This document shows positions 10,730 to 24,779 of a DNA stretch of 43,242 bases, piece after piece. This DNA comes from Catajapyx aquilonaris (Eukaryota), in contig KZ538871.1 in the NCBI GenBank assembly GCA_000934665.2, positions 1 through 43,242 of the forward strand, in the 5' to 3' direction. Position 1 is the stretch's first letter, and every line of letters starts with the position of its first letter. The notes under the pieces are model-generated. The model worked only from the letters and a program-made list of their open reading frames with translations, did no database searches and was not told the DNA's origin. The translations under genes were made by a program, and so were the position numbers.

Positions 10730-13700
10730 TACTGCACCACCTTACATACTTCAGAGCACCGGCTGCTAGGCTGGATAGTCTTCAATTTTTTCAGCCCAAA
10801 AAATTACAAGTGTTTTTGGCACAAATTCAAACACACTTCCATTTGTGGAAATTTTGATTATCATTTCCACGGTCTTAGAAGATCATTTCCGATCCTGCAC
10901 TGACATGTGGAAAAGTGGTAAAGAAATTTCAAATGGATTTCTGATCCAATTGATTGACATGTCCAATTGTCCATCTCGGGAAAATTATGTCTAAACTGTT
11001 GCGCCAATTGATTCATGTGCTCTAATACCAGTATGGTGGCATTTAATACTGTCTTCCCCTGGCCCCTCTGCAGTTGCTTTGAAATTTGACATTTTTGAGT
11101 CAACAGTGTTATGATGCTTCTTGAGTTTCAATGCCAGTGCTGAATGAAAACAGCATCAGGCAAATTCCTCTGCTGTGTATGATAAACCTTCACTAATATA
11201 ATAATAGGAAAAAGGAATGGGAATGAGTAGGACATTTTTGTTATGTTTTTCTCAGAAATGGGTAGAAATTGGTTCATAACACTTAGGCCCTTTTCGTAAC
11301 AACTGTTACAATAATTTTCCTAGCAGCCACATAACCCATGCATCGAGAAACTTCCACCACTACTACTGTGAACAACATTCAGGCCGCAACTGAGTAAGGT
11401 TTCATATACTGATTACTGATACACTAGAATGGGAATAAGTTGTTCTGCACCTGCTGGGAGACGAACCTACTTTGAAGTTCCACAGTGCTGCATATTGACC
11501 CTACATGGAACTAGAAGACATTTCTTCATTTCTAGTCAGACCGCCGATCTTTCCATTTGATTAGGTTCCATTAATCCTTATTGTCTTGGTCCCAAGTATT
11601 CTATCGGGGTTCTCACAAAGTATAGAAAGCGGACGCCATTGCCCAAAATCTTTTGCGTACCCCCAAAATTATATTGTGTTCACTTACCCCAGTTTGAAAA
11701 CCACTGTCTTAGAGAAATGGTTCTCAAACTGTGGGTCAGGGCAGGATGCTTTCTGGAGGCTTGTAATGGTCAATTTTTAAGAAATGCACTTCTGTAATTT
11801 TTTTCTTTTTTGAAGTAGCCTGTCTGATGGTTTAAAAATTCGTCCCCAAGAAATATAGGGCAGGAGGGTTTTGCCAAGGGATAACTCCCCTGGGTGAGAT
11901 GGTATCCCCCTGGTGATCTGGTTGTTTACTCCACTTTTTGAGTACACCATTGTGCAGTTGCCAGTTGGACCTGGTGGACGCAAGTTTGGAAATTTCCTGT
12001 GTAGAACTTCATGGCACAATTTCCTTTGCCTGATAGATGGAGATGATTGCCCATACGGTTTTTTAAATGTTTTAAAATCAAGGAGTGAATTTTTTCACCT
12101 GTGTAGCAGATATGTCCTTTGAATGGTTCTGTGATACTTTCATTGACTAAGCCACTTCCTGATATACACCTAATAAGATCATAATTTAAATTAATCAGAT
12201 TGCATGGTAACACCCAAAATCAAGATTAAAAGTTGCTGAAGGAGTGCATTCAACTTATGCAAGCCTGCAGAGAGAACATATTTTCTTCACAAAGTGCTCC
12301 TCTTACACAGGAGTTCACTGTAAAAGTTTGTCTGTATTATTCCGGAACATTCTGAATTAAGTTGAATAAACTGACCAAGATGGTCCCTCATTTTGTTCAT
12401 TTCTGTCATAAATGTGATGAATCATCATCAGCAGTGTTTTATTACTTTGTCAATCTCTCTGTGATAAAAAACCATGCTACTAGTGTACTGTGTCAGAGTT
12501 ACGGCGACCCGACCATAAAGGCCCCGCGCCAACTAGTACTAGTGTACAGTGATGACATTCATGTGACATAGTGACAATATCATATTACAAGATCCTATGT
12601 CTTATCTTCTGCAGACGTCATGATTGATATAATAAATCATGTGTGTACTTGACTATCAGTTTTTGTAATCAGAAAAGTATAATGTGTTTACCTGGACCAA
12701 TTTCTGAACTATTCATTCATTTATTTCGTATATCAGCTTACATTACCATAGACTACTGACCTAGTACTCTGTAGGTACCATCACTTTTATCAAAGGCTTA
12801 CAGAATGATGTACCGATCTCCACCTTAATTACTTAGGAGCAGGTGCAGCTAGCCTACATTCACTCAAGTTCTGATTGTGAGTCATGATCATGGGTGCAGA
12901 CAAGTTCACTGCTCTTTGACTGCTTGTAAAATAATAACCTTGGAACCTAGCCAGAATCTGCTAGTGAAAGGGAAAACTCAATGCTACATATTCATGCACT
13001 GCTAGACTTCAGTATTGTGAATGCCATTTTTTTGTGATATTCACTCTTCACAGTGCCGGTATGCATTTTTGTTGCTTCGAGCATGTCAACTTCCCTGACT
13101 GCAGATAATGAGGGAAATGAGCATGCAAAATACATATTAAATGTTGAGGTGGGTGTTCTGCTTTATGTGAATAGATTAGTAGCATATTAAAGATTGCAAG
13201 GAATTCTTTAGTATAGTTAGGATGTTGTAGTATAAAAGCAGTAGAAAAAATGGCCTGATTGCAATGTGCAAAATAATGAGACATTTGTTCTAAAGTACTG
13301 TACCACAGACTAGAGCCAACAGATATGACAACATAAATGATGTGGCTAAATGCTAAACAATAAGGGTTGTGACATTAGGGTGTTGTTTCAACATTGGATT
13401 GAGGTAGGCCTCCTGTGGTCTGGTAAATAATCATTTTATAACTTCCCGGCTTAGTCAGAGTCTCAACGAGGAAACATTAGGAGGAAATGGGTAAAACCCC
13501 ACAGGAAAATGTAGAACTCATTGAAACTCATTCCCTGACCAAAATTCCTTTGCCTGATATGGGAATCACAAACAGAGCCTCAGAGATATGTGACACAACT
13601 ATGCCACTGTTTTGCTTCCACATACTTTAATTTGGGAGCTCTAATCAATAACTACTTTGTTTGCATGTACAGGAATGATGGTTACGTATTAATGTCCATC

Positions 13701-14442
13701 AGCATTGGGAACAGGGGCATGCCCTGATTCGGATTTATATGCTACAATCTATAACGTCATGTTAATTTTGAGCTGTTTTTGCTAATTGGGACCAAATAAT
13801 GCCTCTATATAGCAACAAACCGCTGGGTTCAGCTGCACTTGTCTAATTGCAGTTGTTTGGCCGGCTTAAGTACACCATTTTAACAAATTACGGAGAAGAA
13901 TTCAACAAGTTACACTGGTAAACGGCTGAACAACAAGGGAATATCACGTTAGACAAACCATAGCTTGATAAGACATAAACAATTTTCAAGAAGAATGGGC
14001 ATGGCCATAAAAAAAATTCCTGAAATCTCTCGGCAACTGCTTTATTATGGAATCTTGGAGCGAGTTCGACAAGCTTGCCCATATATTACTGGCATCCTCC
14101 TCCACTTGTATGCGACCATTCCTTATTATTTTCACGCCCGTCGATTCCCAACAACCCCCGGCGCTAACGACGTCAATTTGTATTGACCATGGAGCCGGCC
14201 GTGCATGCATGACAGGCTGGGGGCCAGCACTTGTTGCTACCCTTTCTCTTATCGAGCGTGTTAAGACAGTTCTGCCCTGCTGAAACCTCAAGTCGCCGCC
14301 TGTTCCGCCGCACGCGATTTCCCAGATCCGGCCGTGCAGCGCAGGAAGGCAGCAACAAAACATGAGTATCGCAATTCACGCCCAGCTCTATTCTCGGTCG
14401 ACACAACACTCGAGTCACGCGCCCTCTTCTCCGCAATGAACA

Positions 14443-14478
14443 TGACGTCACACGTGTGACGTTGGTGGTCACGTGACC
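14443..14478. promoter_or_regulatory. CRE plus E-box/CLEAR motif cluster upstream of CD63
   Basis: TGACGTCA 14443-14450; CACGTG 14451-14456; perfect GTCACGTGAC 14468-14477; CpG-rich region about 360 bp before the ATG. Confidence 0.65.
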
Positions 14479-14834
14479 CACCCTTCTCACTCAGGTCCTC
14501 CGCCTAGCCAACTAGCCCTCTCCAGCGATCGGCCACTTGCTCCGTCTCCTCGAAGCACATGATCGTTCGGTTCGATAACCTCGTTGTCCGTCTATAAGTG
14601 GGTACCAGTAGAGGCTGGAGGCACTTGCGAGCGAGTTGGCGACAGGAGTGCAGATTTCCGTGAGAGGGCAGGGTATCCGTCCGCCCCTGACCGACGTGGG
14701 ACTACTTTTGATAAATATTTCCCACCTTGCCGTTTGCCATCTTTGCCAGTGCTCGACACAGTCACGTCTGCTGTCTCCATCCTTCCCTTCGCATTTCCAG
14801 TTTCCGTAGAGAGTCATCTGACCAAGCAGCAGCC

Positions 14835-14897
14835 ATGGTGGAAGGAGGCATGAAGTGCGTCAAGTACCTGCTGTTCAGCTTCAACCTCATCTTTGCG
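14835..14897 (+). CDS. CD63: CD63 tetraspanin (paralog B), coding exon 1 of 5
   Basis: gccATGG; MVEGGMKCVKYLLFSFNLIFA, closely matching the vertebrate CD63 N-terminus MAVEGGMKCVK; donor GTGAGT. Confidence 0.95.
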
Positions 14898-17111
14898 GTG
14901 AGTGCTGTGTGCTCTTATTAGATGGGTGATTATTATGCTCTGGCCGGCTGCAGCTGGATGGCTGGCTGGCGGGAGATGCGATGGCATATGGGGGCCAGAG
15001 GTAGATATTTTGTGTCGGGGGTCAGGAGAGGCCAGCTGGACTTGGGCCAAGGGAATGGCGCGGGTATCGTCGGACAGGTGCATGGCCGGCGGATGGTTGT
15101 TGCACCTGACGGCGGAAAGGTCATGACGTGTGCTGGGGACGTGGGGTGGTGGTCGGTCCCCAGGGCATGCCTTATCGACTGGGTGAGGTATTTTTAATCA
15201 CGTTCGCCTCTCTCGGATCCAGGGCGGGAGTCTAAGAAGGAAGTTGTGGCAATGCTTGTCGCGGAATAATTAATCAACAACAGCGAGTCATCTGATATGA
15301 TGCATGCACACATGACTCTTGCATTGCACCTTGTTACATACATTCATGTCAAATTGAATCAGATAATAAATTTATGGTAAATTGCATTTGACTTGTTAGC
15401 AGATGACCTAAACAAGAATGATCAAATGGGAAGAACCCTAAGAAGGGCCTGTTAAATTATGCACATGCTAGGTCACCTACTCACCATGGCATGGACTCCA
15501 TATGATACATGCATATTTAGGAATAGGCTAAGGGGCCCATTCATCTTTTTTTTTTAAATTTTAAATTTAAATCATTTTTAAAAGGACATGTTTTTAAGTA
15601 GGTATAAGGATGGGCAAGTGATATTGGGATGAACTTGCATACACTCACTACAGCTTGCCAAAATAGATCATACTCTTTTGCCTGGTTTTGTGACCTGACA
15701 CGATAATCAATTGGTGCTACCAAGAGCTGGTGCTACTGTTTGTGCCTGGTACCACTCCATCTGGCTAGTTGTGTGATATTCTTCATCAAGAGGTGTGAAA
15801 GCCTTCCATTGGCGAAGTATTTTATGTGACTTATGCACATATATCCAAGGGGTTAGCAGCTTCAACAGTGTGCACAAGTTTCAGTGTGGTTGCAGGCTGT
15901 TATTTGTCACTACATGCCCACTAATGTGAGGTTACTCCCCCTTGTGCCCACCTGCTATTGACACTGTTTTCCACAAGGCAGCAAGATATAAAAATACTTG
16001 TTGGGAAATATGTTGTTCAATCCATATGCCAGGGGTATAACATTCCTGACTCTGGCTGGCATCTGCCAAGCCAATAAGTATTTGACAATCACACTTCATT
16101 AAACCAAGACTACAACAAGCAATCAAGCATAACTCCTTCATACACATGTCAGTGCATCATGCTTGGAGAGGGGCCTGCTTTTATCGAATGAACAATGCTG
16201 CAATCTCAGTCATAGGTGATTGTAAGCTGTACTAGCAAGTTTGTTAGAAAAGTATGTTTGATGAAGTGGGAAGGAACCAAAGCAACTCTGATTATCTGGA
16301 GTGTTATCTGACTGTAAGGCAATATTAAGGTGGATTGTGGATAGATGGAGATAGAAACAAAGAAAGCAGAGAGGAAAGTCTGATATCTCGCTTCGACTCT
16401 CTCCTACCCTGTAAAGGCTTGTTGGCCTTTCCTGCAAATAGACATGAAGCTATTGCCAGTATACACTGTACTCTTGATTATCCATGCCAATTAATGCATG
16501 GGTGTGCTCGTATAATCAGAAAACAATGATAATAATTCAAAAGTGGTCCTAGATTACGTGAAATGAGCTATTCACAGGTTTTAAAAATGAACTACTGGGC
16601 AGGATTTTGAAGTGTAACCATGGTCAAGAAATTGCCAACAGTAGCCAATAGGTAGATCATCGAGCAGGTGTAGAAAAAGGCAAGTATGACCCTGCCCAAG
16701 TCATTGGGACAGTGACCAAAAGAATGTTTATCATGGAATAATGCAAGGAAAAGCCCTCAGATGAACTCATCAGAGGCCTTTATTGTGTGGGCATCAAGGT
16801 CTCATTCACAACCTGCAGCTCATGGGCCAGGCCTCATTGAAGATCATACGCATTTTGGTGGTGATTATTTCCCACCAGAAACCTGCCACTGCGAGTGTGT
16901 CAAGGTTCTTCAGTTGCCAGCTGTGTAAAGGCAGCACCAAAATTTATCCATAATGTTTTGCAGTTTCAGATAATAATGAAAAGATTCAAGTAGCTGACTG
17001 TGCTTCTAAAAACTGCATAAGTGCTCATGTAGTACTCTACCACAGTAGCAAACTCCCATGTTGTAGGTCACAGCCTTCATGATATGCAACCCTATTATGA
17101 CATCATCTTAA

Positions 17112-17979
17112 CCCAGATATGCCTGGAAAAGTTTTTGTTGAATTTTTAAGCTTTTTTTGTTTCTATTAGTTCATATTAGTTCCCAAAACACAAAAAGTGA
17201 GATAAAACATTTTTCTGGCTGCTTGTTTCCGAAAAAATGGCCGTTTCCTATAATTATGGGATGCTAGGAAAATGTAACCTAATGGCTATAACAGTTGTTG
17301 ATTACATTACCATGGCAACAGTGACATTCAGCAATATCCATAGTTTTATAATATCATCAATGATTGTTGCCGATTGCATTACCATTAGAAACAGGCCGCG
17401 CAAAGAATGGGTTGTAATTGAGTAACAATCAACAACAATCAAGGATTGTTGCAACGGTTGCCATGCTAACCAATTGGCATGTAATCTCGTTTTAATTGTA
17501 GGGATTCATCAAAATACAGTTCAACAAATCATACAAAATCCACACACATACTTTACTTGTCTAAATGTGGGTGCATTTGCCTCGTGTTCCCCCGAAGGGA
17601 CGCCAGATTTCAGCACTACTCTCAGACAAGGAAAGTAAAAAATATTCCTATATTTCCACATCGACATCATCATTCATAAGTTTTCTAAGTATTACAAACA
17701 AAAAATAACTCATAATGCTAATCAACATTCGAGAATTAATTACTAATCGTCTTCGGAACGTGGAGGTGCAGCCATTATTTCCTGCGTTAAATTCAAACAC
17801 CTGTATCTTAAAAATCTGAACCAATATTGAGCAGGTTTGAACTTGTATCGTTAGCTGGGACTCTCCTGAAACCCCCGTCACTACTGCCAGCTCTTTAGCA
17901 GCAGAAGAACCTGCGCAAAAAAATTAAAATGTAACAACTGTGCGGGTATCCCCTATAGGGGACACTCGGCATATCTGGG
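17112..17979. mobile_element. Non-autonomous piggyBac-type element
   Basis: TTAA|CCCAGATATGCC...GGCATATCTGGG|TTAA; subterminal palindrome TCCCCTATAGGGGA. Confidence 0.8.
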
Positions 17980-19630
17980 TTAAGTAACTGATGATGGAGT
18001 TTTGTTATCTCCCTTTCTTCTCTGCAGTTTGCCTTGCTGATGAATCTTGGTGCACAAAAGAAAGCCTTATTCCACCCCATCAGAACTTCGTGGGACTTGT
18101 TGTCATTAGAAACAGTACTCTATAATATTAATGGTAATGTTCTGATGTTGAGGTGAACTTGCAAATCATTATTTGTGAGGTTCTCTGTACTTTCTGGTAC
18201 TCTCAATTCCCAGGGCATGTAAAGTTGGTCTCTCTACTTGCAAAGCCTTATGAAGCAGGTCAAGAATAACTTACTGTTAAGTTAACGAAATGTGTCAGTA
18301 AAATACTTGTGATATTGTGATCTAATCTTACTGTATTTTGTAGTGTCAGTGTCATGAGTCTTGAAACTACAGGATCGTCATTGCTATAAACCACATCAAG
18401 GTTGATGACTAACTAAAATGGGGTGCCGGAGAACAATTGAACTAGAGTAGTATTGCTTAAAATAATGGAATCACTGAAATGGCAATAGTGTTTCTATTGA
18501 CTGGCTATGTCTTTCAGGAAACTGGAGGTATATTTTCAGGTGGTAAATTAAAGTGCTAATTTTGTCTGGATTTAGTGCCCATTGATTGCTTCAGTGGTTC
18601 AAATATTTTTCAAGATAAGTTTCTTATGGCCCTGAAATTTCTACAATTGGGAAGTGAAGTTGAAAATTTCCTGTGACTCTCCCTCATGCGAAAACAAAAC
18701 CTTGGGATTGCTTGAAAGAAAGGTCTCAAAATTTTTATGTATTTGAAATCAGGAGATGTTATTGCCATGTGTGCCATATTTTATGAGTAGTGCTTATGAC
18801 GTAACAGTTCATACCACTCAGCTCATGTGAGCTGGTAGGAGCTAGATTGGTTTGTCACAGCTGCTAATCTGGTGGTGATGAATAGACAAAAGAAAACGGA
18901 AATGATATGCTATGATGCTGCTCTCGTCAGTCCAAATACACTTGGCTCCCAATTATTTGGGTTTGGATTTACCTGAGCATTGCCTAAAATCAAAAGTTAG
19001 AATTAAAAGTCTGGGAATGTCCGCATGTCTCGCAAACAAAGAAATCGACCAGACTTTTTTCAGAAGACATTAAAAATCTATGGTAAAATTTATTATTTGA
19101 TTAAACCTCATTTAAAGCAGCTGACACTAGTGCAGTAGTTCATTAAAAACCTATGAATAGCTCATGGTTACAGTAACTGGACTATTTTCTGATTATTATC
19201 CTTGTTTTCCTATTATCAGGGCTCACCATTGCATGGATAATCAGGAGTACTGTGTATATTCATTGCTGTGATGTGAAGACTGTGACCATTTTATTCCATT
19301 TACTTTGCACATACTGCATGGGAGGAATTTTTGTCCTACTGCTAGTTACTGCTAACTACTTAGCAGTACCATTGTTGGGAATGGTTACTGCTAAGTTAAC
19401 AGTAACTAGCGGTGGGACGAAAATTCCACCCTATGCGTTTAGCATGTCTGCACATTTGTGTATATTTGGGTTGCAGTTGACCTTGGCAACATATCCTTGG
19501 AGTTTGGGAAGTTGATCGTGCAGCATAACTGCAGTAACAAGATCGAATTTCTGAATGCTGAGTTTGCTGAAGTTTACTACGTAATAGGACTGTAATTTCC
19601 AAGTGCGAGACCATGGTCTTGTAATACTAA

Positions 19631-19973
19631 GGTCTGGTCACTACCTCTTATCGCCTGCCGGGGTGTTTTGCATGAGGTGCTCACTTGAGAGCACCATGAG
19701 ACTGCCTTTCACTGCTACATTATGTGGCGACCCTCACGGACCACGCTGGACTTAGGTAGAAGGGAAGGTGCTACATGCGGGCCCAACATGGCCGCTGGCG
19801 ACCATGTTGGGTCCCCCAATGTAGCGCTTCCCTTTTGTACCTATAAAGTTCAGCGCAGTCCGGTAGGGTTGCCACATAATGTAGCAGGGAAAGGCGGTCT
19901 CATGGCGGTCTCAAGTGAGCACCTCATGCAAAACCCCGTCAGGCGATAATAAGATTATAGAGGTAGTGTCCGG
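19631..19973. mobile_element. Near-complete palindromic foldback MITE
   Basis: Arms of about 165 bp pair around a centre near 19796 (caacatggccgc/gcgaccatgttg); right terminus degraded. Confidence 0.8.
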
Positions 19974-19990
19974 GGGTTGTGGGAGACTTA

Positions 19991-20112
19991 TGCCAGATTG
20001 CACCAAATTACCGATCTGATAGCACCTAATGGATCGTTAGGAGCCCTTTTAGCGTGTACTAACTACCTGTTACGAGCCTTTGAATCGATAATTTCGTTGG
20101 TGCAATCGGGCA
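19991..20112. mobile_element. Small Harbinger-type MITE
   Basis: TTA|TGCCAGATTGCACCAA...TTGGTGCAATCGGGCA|TTA. Confidence 0.7.
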
Positions 20113-20734
20113 TTAGAGGTGGCATATTTTTACTGGATTGTTAAGTTTTTTCTCACTAAGTTTGTACTTTCTGCGACCCATGCATACAGTGTTATTCAGA
20201 TTACATTGACCAATTTAAAAATACAAGCCATGACTTATGAAACAACCCACGTATCTTGGTCACATGTCCGTAAGTGGTGTGAAAAATTTCAAGTATCACA
20301 ATTTCATTTGCATGGCCTGCCGTGGCCCATCTGTCAGACTACTTGAGTATTTCCAGAAGATTTTTACACCAATAGTAGGCAAGTGACAGAGAGATGTGGC
20401 AGATCCATATTGTGCCTTCAATGGCCCAGGAAAGGTAAATACTGGACCTTGTCAGAAACTAGTTGAATACCCCTGGTCTACACAATGCATGTGTTGGAAA
20501 CAATAAATTTTACTCACACAGAAGTCCGTAAATTAATTTCCCAAAAGATTGGCACACGGTATACCCCTATATTTCCGCCGAGATTTTCCCTCCTGTTCAA
20601 CTTAAAAGTACTGTAAAGGGCAAGATATTTTACAAATGGTAACTACTATACTTACCCGTTCATGCAAAACACAACGTGCGTATTGGAAACGATTTTCCTT
20701 GGCTATAAGTCCATAAATTAATTTCCAAAAAGAT

Positions 20735-21070
20735 CACTGTAAAAGATGAAAATCCAAGTACTACTGGCCAACTGTTAAGCTAATTTAATCAAGAAATATG
20801 TTAATATATACAGACTCACAATCTTGAGAACCATACCAGAAGACTTGGTTGAAATTGTTGTACTTTCCGAGAAGTAAATTAATACGTTTCTGCGACTTGC
20901 CTGTCACTTTGGATAACTCCCAAATTCACTTATTTCTCGAAATGTATGACAATTTCTGCAAATTTATCTGGCACACTTTTCAAGATTGTTATTCCGTATA
21001 TTTTAACATATTTCATAATTAAATCAGTCTAACAGTTGGCCAGCAGTACTCGAATTTCCCGTTTTTACAG
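20735..21070. mobile_element. Old foldback MITE (CACTGTAAAA end)
   Basis: ctggccaactgtta/taacagttggccag and gaaatatgttaa/ttaacatatttc pair symmetrically. Confidence 0.65.
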
Positions 21071-21490
21071 CAACATTTTTGAAAATTAGTTTAGGGACTG
21101 CTATGGGAGGGGGGAGGCAAATTGTTTTCAACACATTCGTAGGGTTTTCCACGAACTGGTAAGTATCGCTGCTATTATTTGTAAAATGCATTGTTTGCAT
21201 CATCAGCGCACACGTAAGTGGGAAACTAGACAATGACAGGTATAGCTGGTACTGTGCAGTCGAGTTCTCATCCCCTAGATTCTAAGAGGCTGGTGGTGAA
21301 AGGGTTAAAAATGATTTCCTCCCTCCCTGTGTATTCATTTTTACCCAACCTCATATAATGAGCATTTGTTTATGGAAAGCATTCAATGCGATGTGCAGAA
21401 TTTAAAGGCATAATGATATGCATATTGCTGTGTTTCTGTGGCCCTGCATTTTTTCAGTTGTAGTAATTCATGTTGTACATTCTATTTCAG

Positions 21491-21679
21491 ATTACAGGCA
21501 TTGCCATCCTTGTCATTGGTGCCCTAGTGGAGCATCTGTACAAGCAGTACATCACATTTTTGGATGACAAATTCTTATCTACACCTGTCTTGCTCATTGT
21601 TGTGGGTGTCATCGTCTTTGTTGTCGCCTTCTTTGGATGCTGCGGAGCAGTGAAGGAGAACCACTGCATGGTTATTACT
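21491..21679 (+). CDS. CD63: CD63 tetraspanin (paralog B), exon 2
   Basis: ctatttcag acceptor; ITGIAILVIG...AFFGCCGAVKENHCMVIT (GCCGAxKEN motif); donor GTAGGT. Confidence 0.95.
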
Positions 21680-22176
21680 GTAGGTGTTGTCTTCAATATT
21701 TTTTACCTTTCTATAGTAAAGATAGAGTTTGAATGCTATTAATTATTACTATTCAGGTACATGACTAAGCATGTAACTCAGTATGTATTTTATGAGACAT
21801 TTTAAATATGAACCACTTTTTATTAAAAGGCATCCCCACCCACTGCCATATCTGAATGCCATCAAATATGGACAACTTAATTCACTTGCATCATTAAAAC
21901 GCTCACCATGACCCAGAGTTGTCATGCCTTGTATGTGATAATATTTGAGGTACCTTGTATGGCAAGTGACAACTCCACATTTTAGCAAGCCCCTTATTTC
22001 ACCAAGTAATGGAATTGGGGTTTCCATAGTGGATGGCATTTAGATAAGATGATGGATGGGAGCTGCCTTTTGACAAATAATGGATAATAATTAAGCCCTT
22101 TTTCGACAACTGCCATTGGAACTTCTCATTAAGTTAAATGGATGTAAACATGAGGTTTTTCATTTCTTCCCAACAG

Positions 22177-22353
22177 TTCAGCGTGCTTCTGGGCTTGATC
22201 TTCATTCTAGAGCTTGCAGCTGGGATAGCTGCATTTGTTTTACAAGATGATGTGAAGGATATTATGCAGAAAAACATGCTGCGTACCCTTAAGCAGTATA
22301 ATGGCAGTGAGGAGAAAGCCCTTACTCAATTCTGGGATGATGTGCAACATACA
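22177..22353 (+). CDS. CD63: CD63 tetraspanin (paralog B), exon 3
   Basis: cccaacag acceptor; FSVLLGLIFILELAAGIAAFV...FWDDVQHT; donor GTGAGT. Confidence 0.95.
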
Positions 22354-22617
22354 GTGAGTATACATATTAGTCATTTACATACACAGGTGGAATTTATTGC
22401 ATTTTGCATGGGCCTGCAGAGAACTGGCCCATAGAAACTGTTTTGCAATATGATAATACTTAAGAATGCCACTCTTTTTGCTGGGTGCATAATCAGTTTG
22501 AGTTTAGAGTGGTATTTTGTTGCTGGCTGCTTAATTGTCTGGAATGTAAAGTGCCCCTTGGTTAAAATACTGTTAGCACACCAAGTACTGACATCTGTCT
22601 CTCTGTCTCGACTCCAG

Positions 22618-22854
22618 ACCAAATGCTGTGGTGTTAACAACGTTACTGACTGGCAAGAGAATCCATTCTTTAAAGATGGTACCAGTGTACCTGACAGCTG
22701 CTGCAAGGGTGATTATATGCCAGGCTGTGGGAAGAACTACCAGCCACATTCTGATAAGTTCTACCAAAATGGCTGCCTCAAGTCACTTACCGACCTAATT
22801 GAGGACAAGGTTGTCTATGTTGGAGGTGTTGGAGTTGGGATTGCATTTGTACAG
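22618..22854 (+). CDS. CD63: CD63 tetraspanin (paralog B), exon 4
   Basis: actccag acceptor; TKCCG, PDSCC, GC motifs, then TM4 start VGGVGVGIAFVQ; donor GTTAGT. Confidence 0.95.
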
Positions 22855-23475
22855 GTTAGTATGGCATACCAGTAGCTAAAACCTTTGACTCTCTGGATTT
22901 TGCAAGTCATTTTAATGATAGTCATTGAGAAATGGGATCTCTATGACATGACTCAATACAAACTGTTTCTGGAATTACATCCTGGATGCACAGATTTGGG
23001 CTGCAATGAAGTTTTTTTTTTGTGTGACTGAGGCATTCATAGGCTTTGCAAGTTAAGCTTGCCATTTAAATTTATGTAATTTCCTGAGATATGATTTAAC
23101 ACTCTATGGATTCACCATATACAAGGTCTTCTCCCAAACCCAATGAAAAATTATATCAAGCTACTGTGGACCCCTTTGGGAGAAGAACGATCAAGGTCCA
23201 CTTTTTGTCAAAAATCAGTTACATATCTCACCCACTTTCACATACTTTCACTAGTGTAGAATATGATGGTTTGGTCGTGGTTGTGAAGTAATCAGAAAGT
23301 CTTGACACTTTATTTTTTTTGCCACAAGTACAGAGCCCATGCAGGTCGGCCGACAGGCACACATTATCGATAGAGCCCTCCTGGAGCTGATTGCACTGGC
23401 ATCATAGGTCTGTCAACCTCTCCAGGCCCTCCATGAACCACCTTTCGGTGGTGCGGTGCACCCACTCTGGACAAC

Positions 23476-23514
<39 letters not shown>

Positions 23515-23767
23515 GTAATAGGGTTTAGTGCACTGCCCATAGGCGGCGTCTGGCACGATACCTTTATTCTTGCTTAAGTTGTACAAGCTTATGGGCTTGG
23601 GATACCTAAGTGATTTTCCAGAATCCCGTTTTTAAGTTTCGCCGCGTTACGGGTGCAGCGTTCTCTTCTCACCGCCGATGCGGGCGTCTCACTGGAGATA
23701 TATGGACCTGAAATTTTGAAAGCATGGCGAGGAAGGGCCAATTGAGCCCCCGATGGAGTGTCGATCC

Positions 23768-24641
23768 ATTAGAATAATAATTGCGAGATCTACAGGGGGA
23801 GAGTTTTTGAAAAACAGCTCACAACATCTTGGCTCCGGATTCGAATTTAGGAAATATCTCGACAGTCATTGATGGCCAAAGTTGTCCTCTCTTACTCCCC
23901 CATAGCGCGATTAATTTGGGCTATTGATTTTTGAACAGCTATGTAAACCGATTTATAATAATCCGGGTAGTGCTTGGCCTTCTCGGCATGTAGCACGGAC
24001 CTTTATTTGTACGATGTACATATTTGGAACCTAATTATTGAAGCGCCCGGGCCCACGGGCAGGATGACAGGAGGGGATGTGCAAGGTGCAGTGCAATGTC
24101 TTTATGTGGCCATTTTTAGTGAACTCCCCCGGGTGGTTTAGTCTGTGGATATACCACCCGAGATGAAGCCAGAGGTGACCCTGAACTCTGCACGAGATGA
24201 AGGGGGTGTCCCCGGGTTGGGATCGAACCCGGGACCTTAACATCCGTGGGCGCATACGTTACCGCAGCACCACTCCGCCTCCCCCTTGTAAACCGATTTA
24301 CCACCTCCCATCGTAAAATCGGAGGGAGTAGAACAGTTGGTTCCCTGTTGCCCACGCGCATTTTAAATTATTTAGCCTGAACCGGTTCCCTGGCAACCTG
24401 GGCAGGGAACCAACTGTTCTATGTTCGAAAGTTCTCCCCCGATTTTACGAGGTGAGGTGGTAAAACCGTTTAAATAGCTGCGCAAAAACCAATAGGCCAA
24501 ATTAATTGCTCTTTGGGTGAGTTAGAGAGGACAACTTTGGCCATCGATGACCGTCGAGATATTTCCCAAATTTGAATCCGGAGCCAAGACGTTGTGAGCT
24601 GTTTTTCAAAAACTCATAGATCTCGCAATTATTATGCTAAT
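23768..24641. mobile_element. Long-TIR foldback element interrupted by a SINE
   Basis: 23768-23955 plus 24301-24347 pair with 24403-24641; TSD not resolved. Confidence 0.85.
23956..24286 (-). mobile_element. tRNA-derived SINE
   Basis: 14-bp TSD TGTAAACCGATTTA (23942-23955, 24287-24300); A-box-like TGGTGCTGCGG and B box GGTTCGATCCC on minus strand. Confidence 0.9.
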
Positions 24642-24647
24642 ATTTCC

Positions 24648-24779
24648 TCACTCCTGGACAACTTCTTCCTGCTCAACAATGTCCTCGAAATGGCGTTGGC
24701 AAAGATGTGTTTTCGTGGATCTGAACAGGTGAAAGTCACTGGGGGCCAGTTCGGGGGAGTACGGTGTGTGTGGAAGCAT
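24648..24779 (-). pseudogene. mariner transposase fragment
   Basis: Hand translation MLPHTPYSPELAPSDFHLFRSTKTHLCQRHFEDIVEQEEVVQE matches the mariner YSPDLAPSD motif; not in the ORF track. Confidence 0.88.

Larger units (their letters stand above)
23478..24648 (-). mobile_element. 5'-truncated non-LTR retroelement with (ATT)n tail
   Basis: (AAT)12 at 23478-23513; TSD CTGGACAACTT at 23467-23477 and 24654-24664, extendable to about 15 bp with one indel. Confidence 0.72.
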
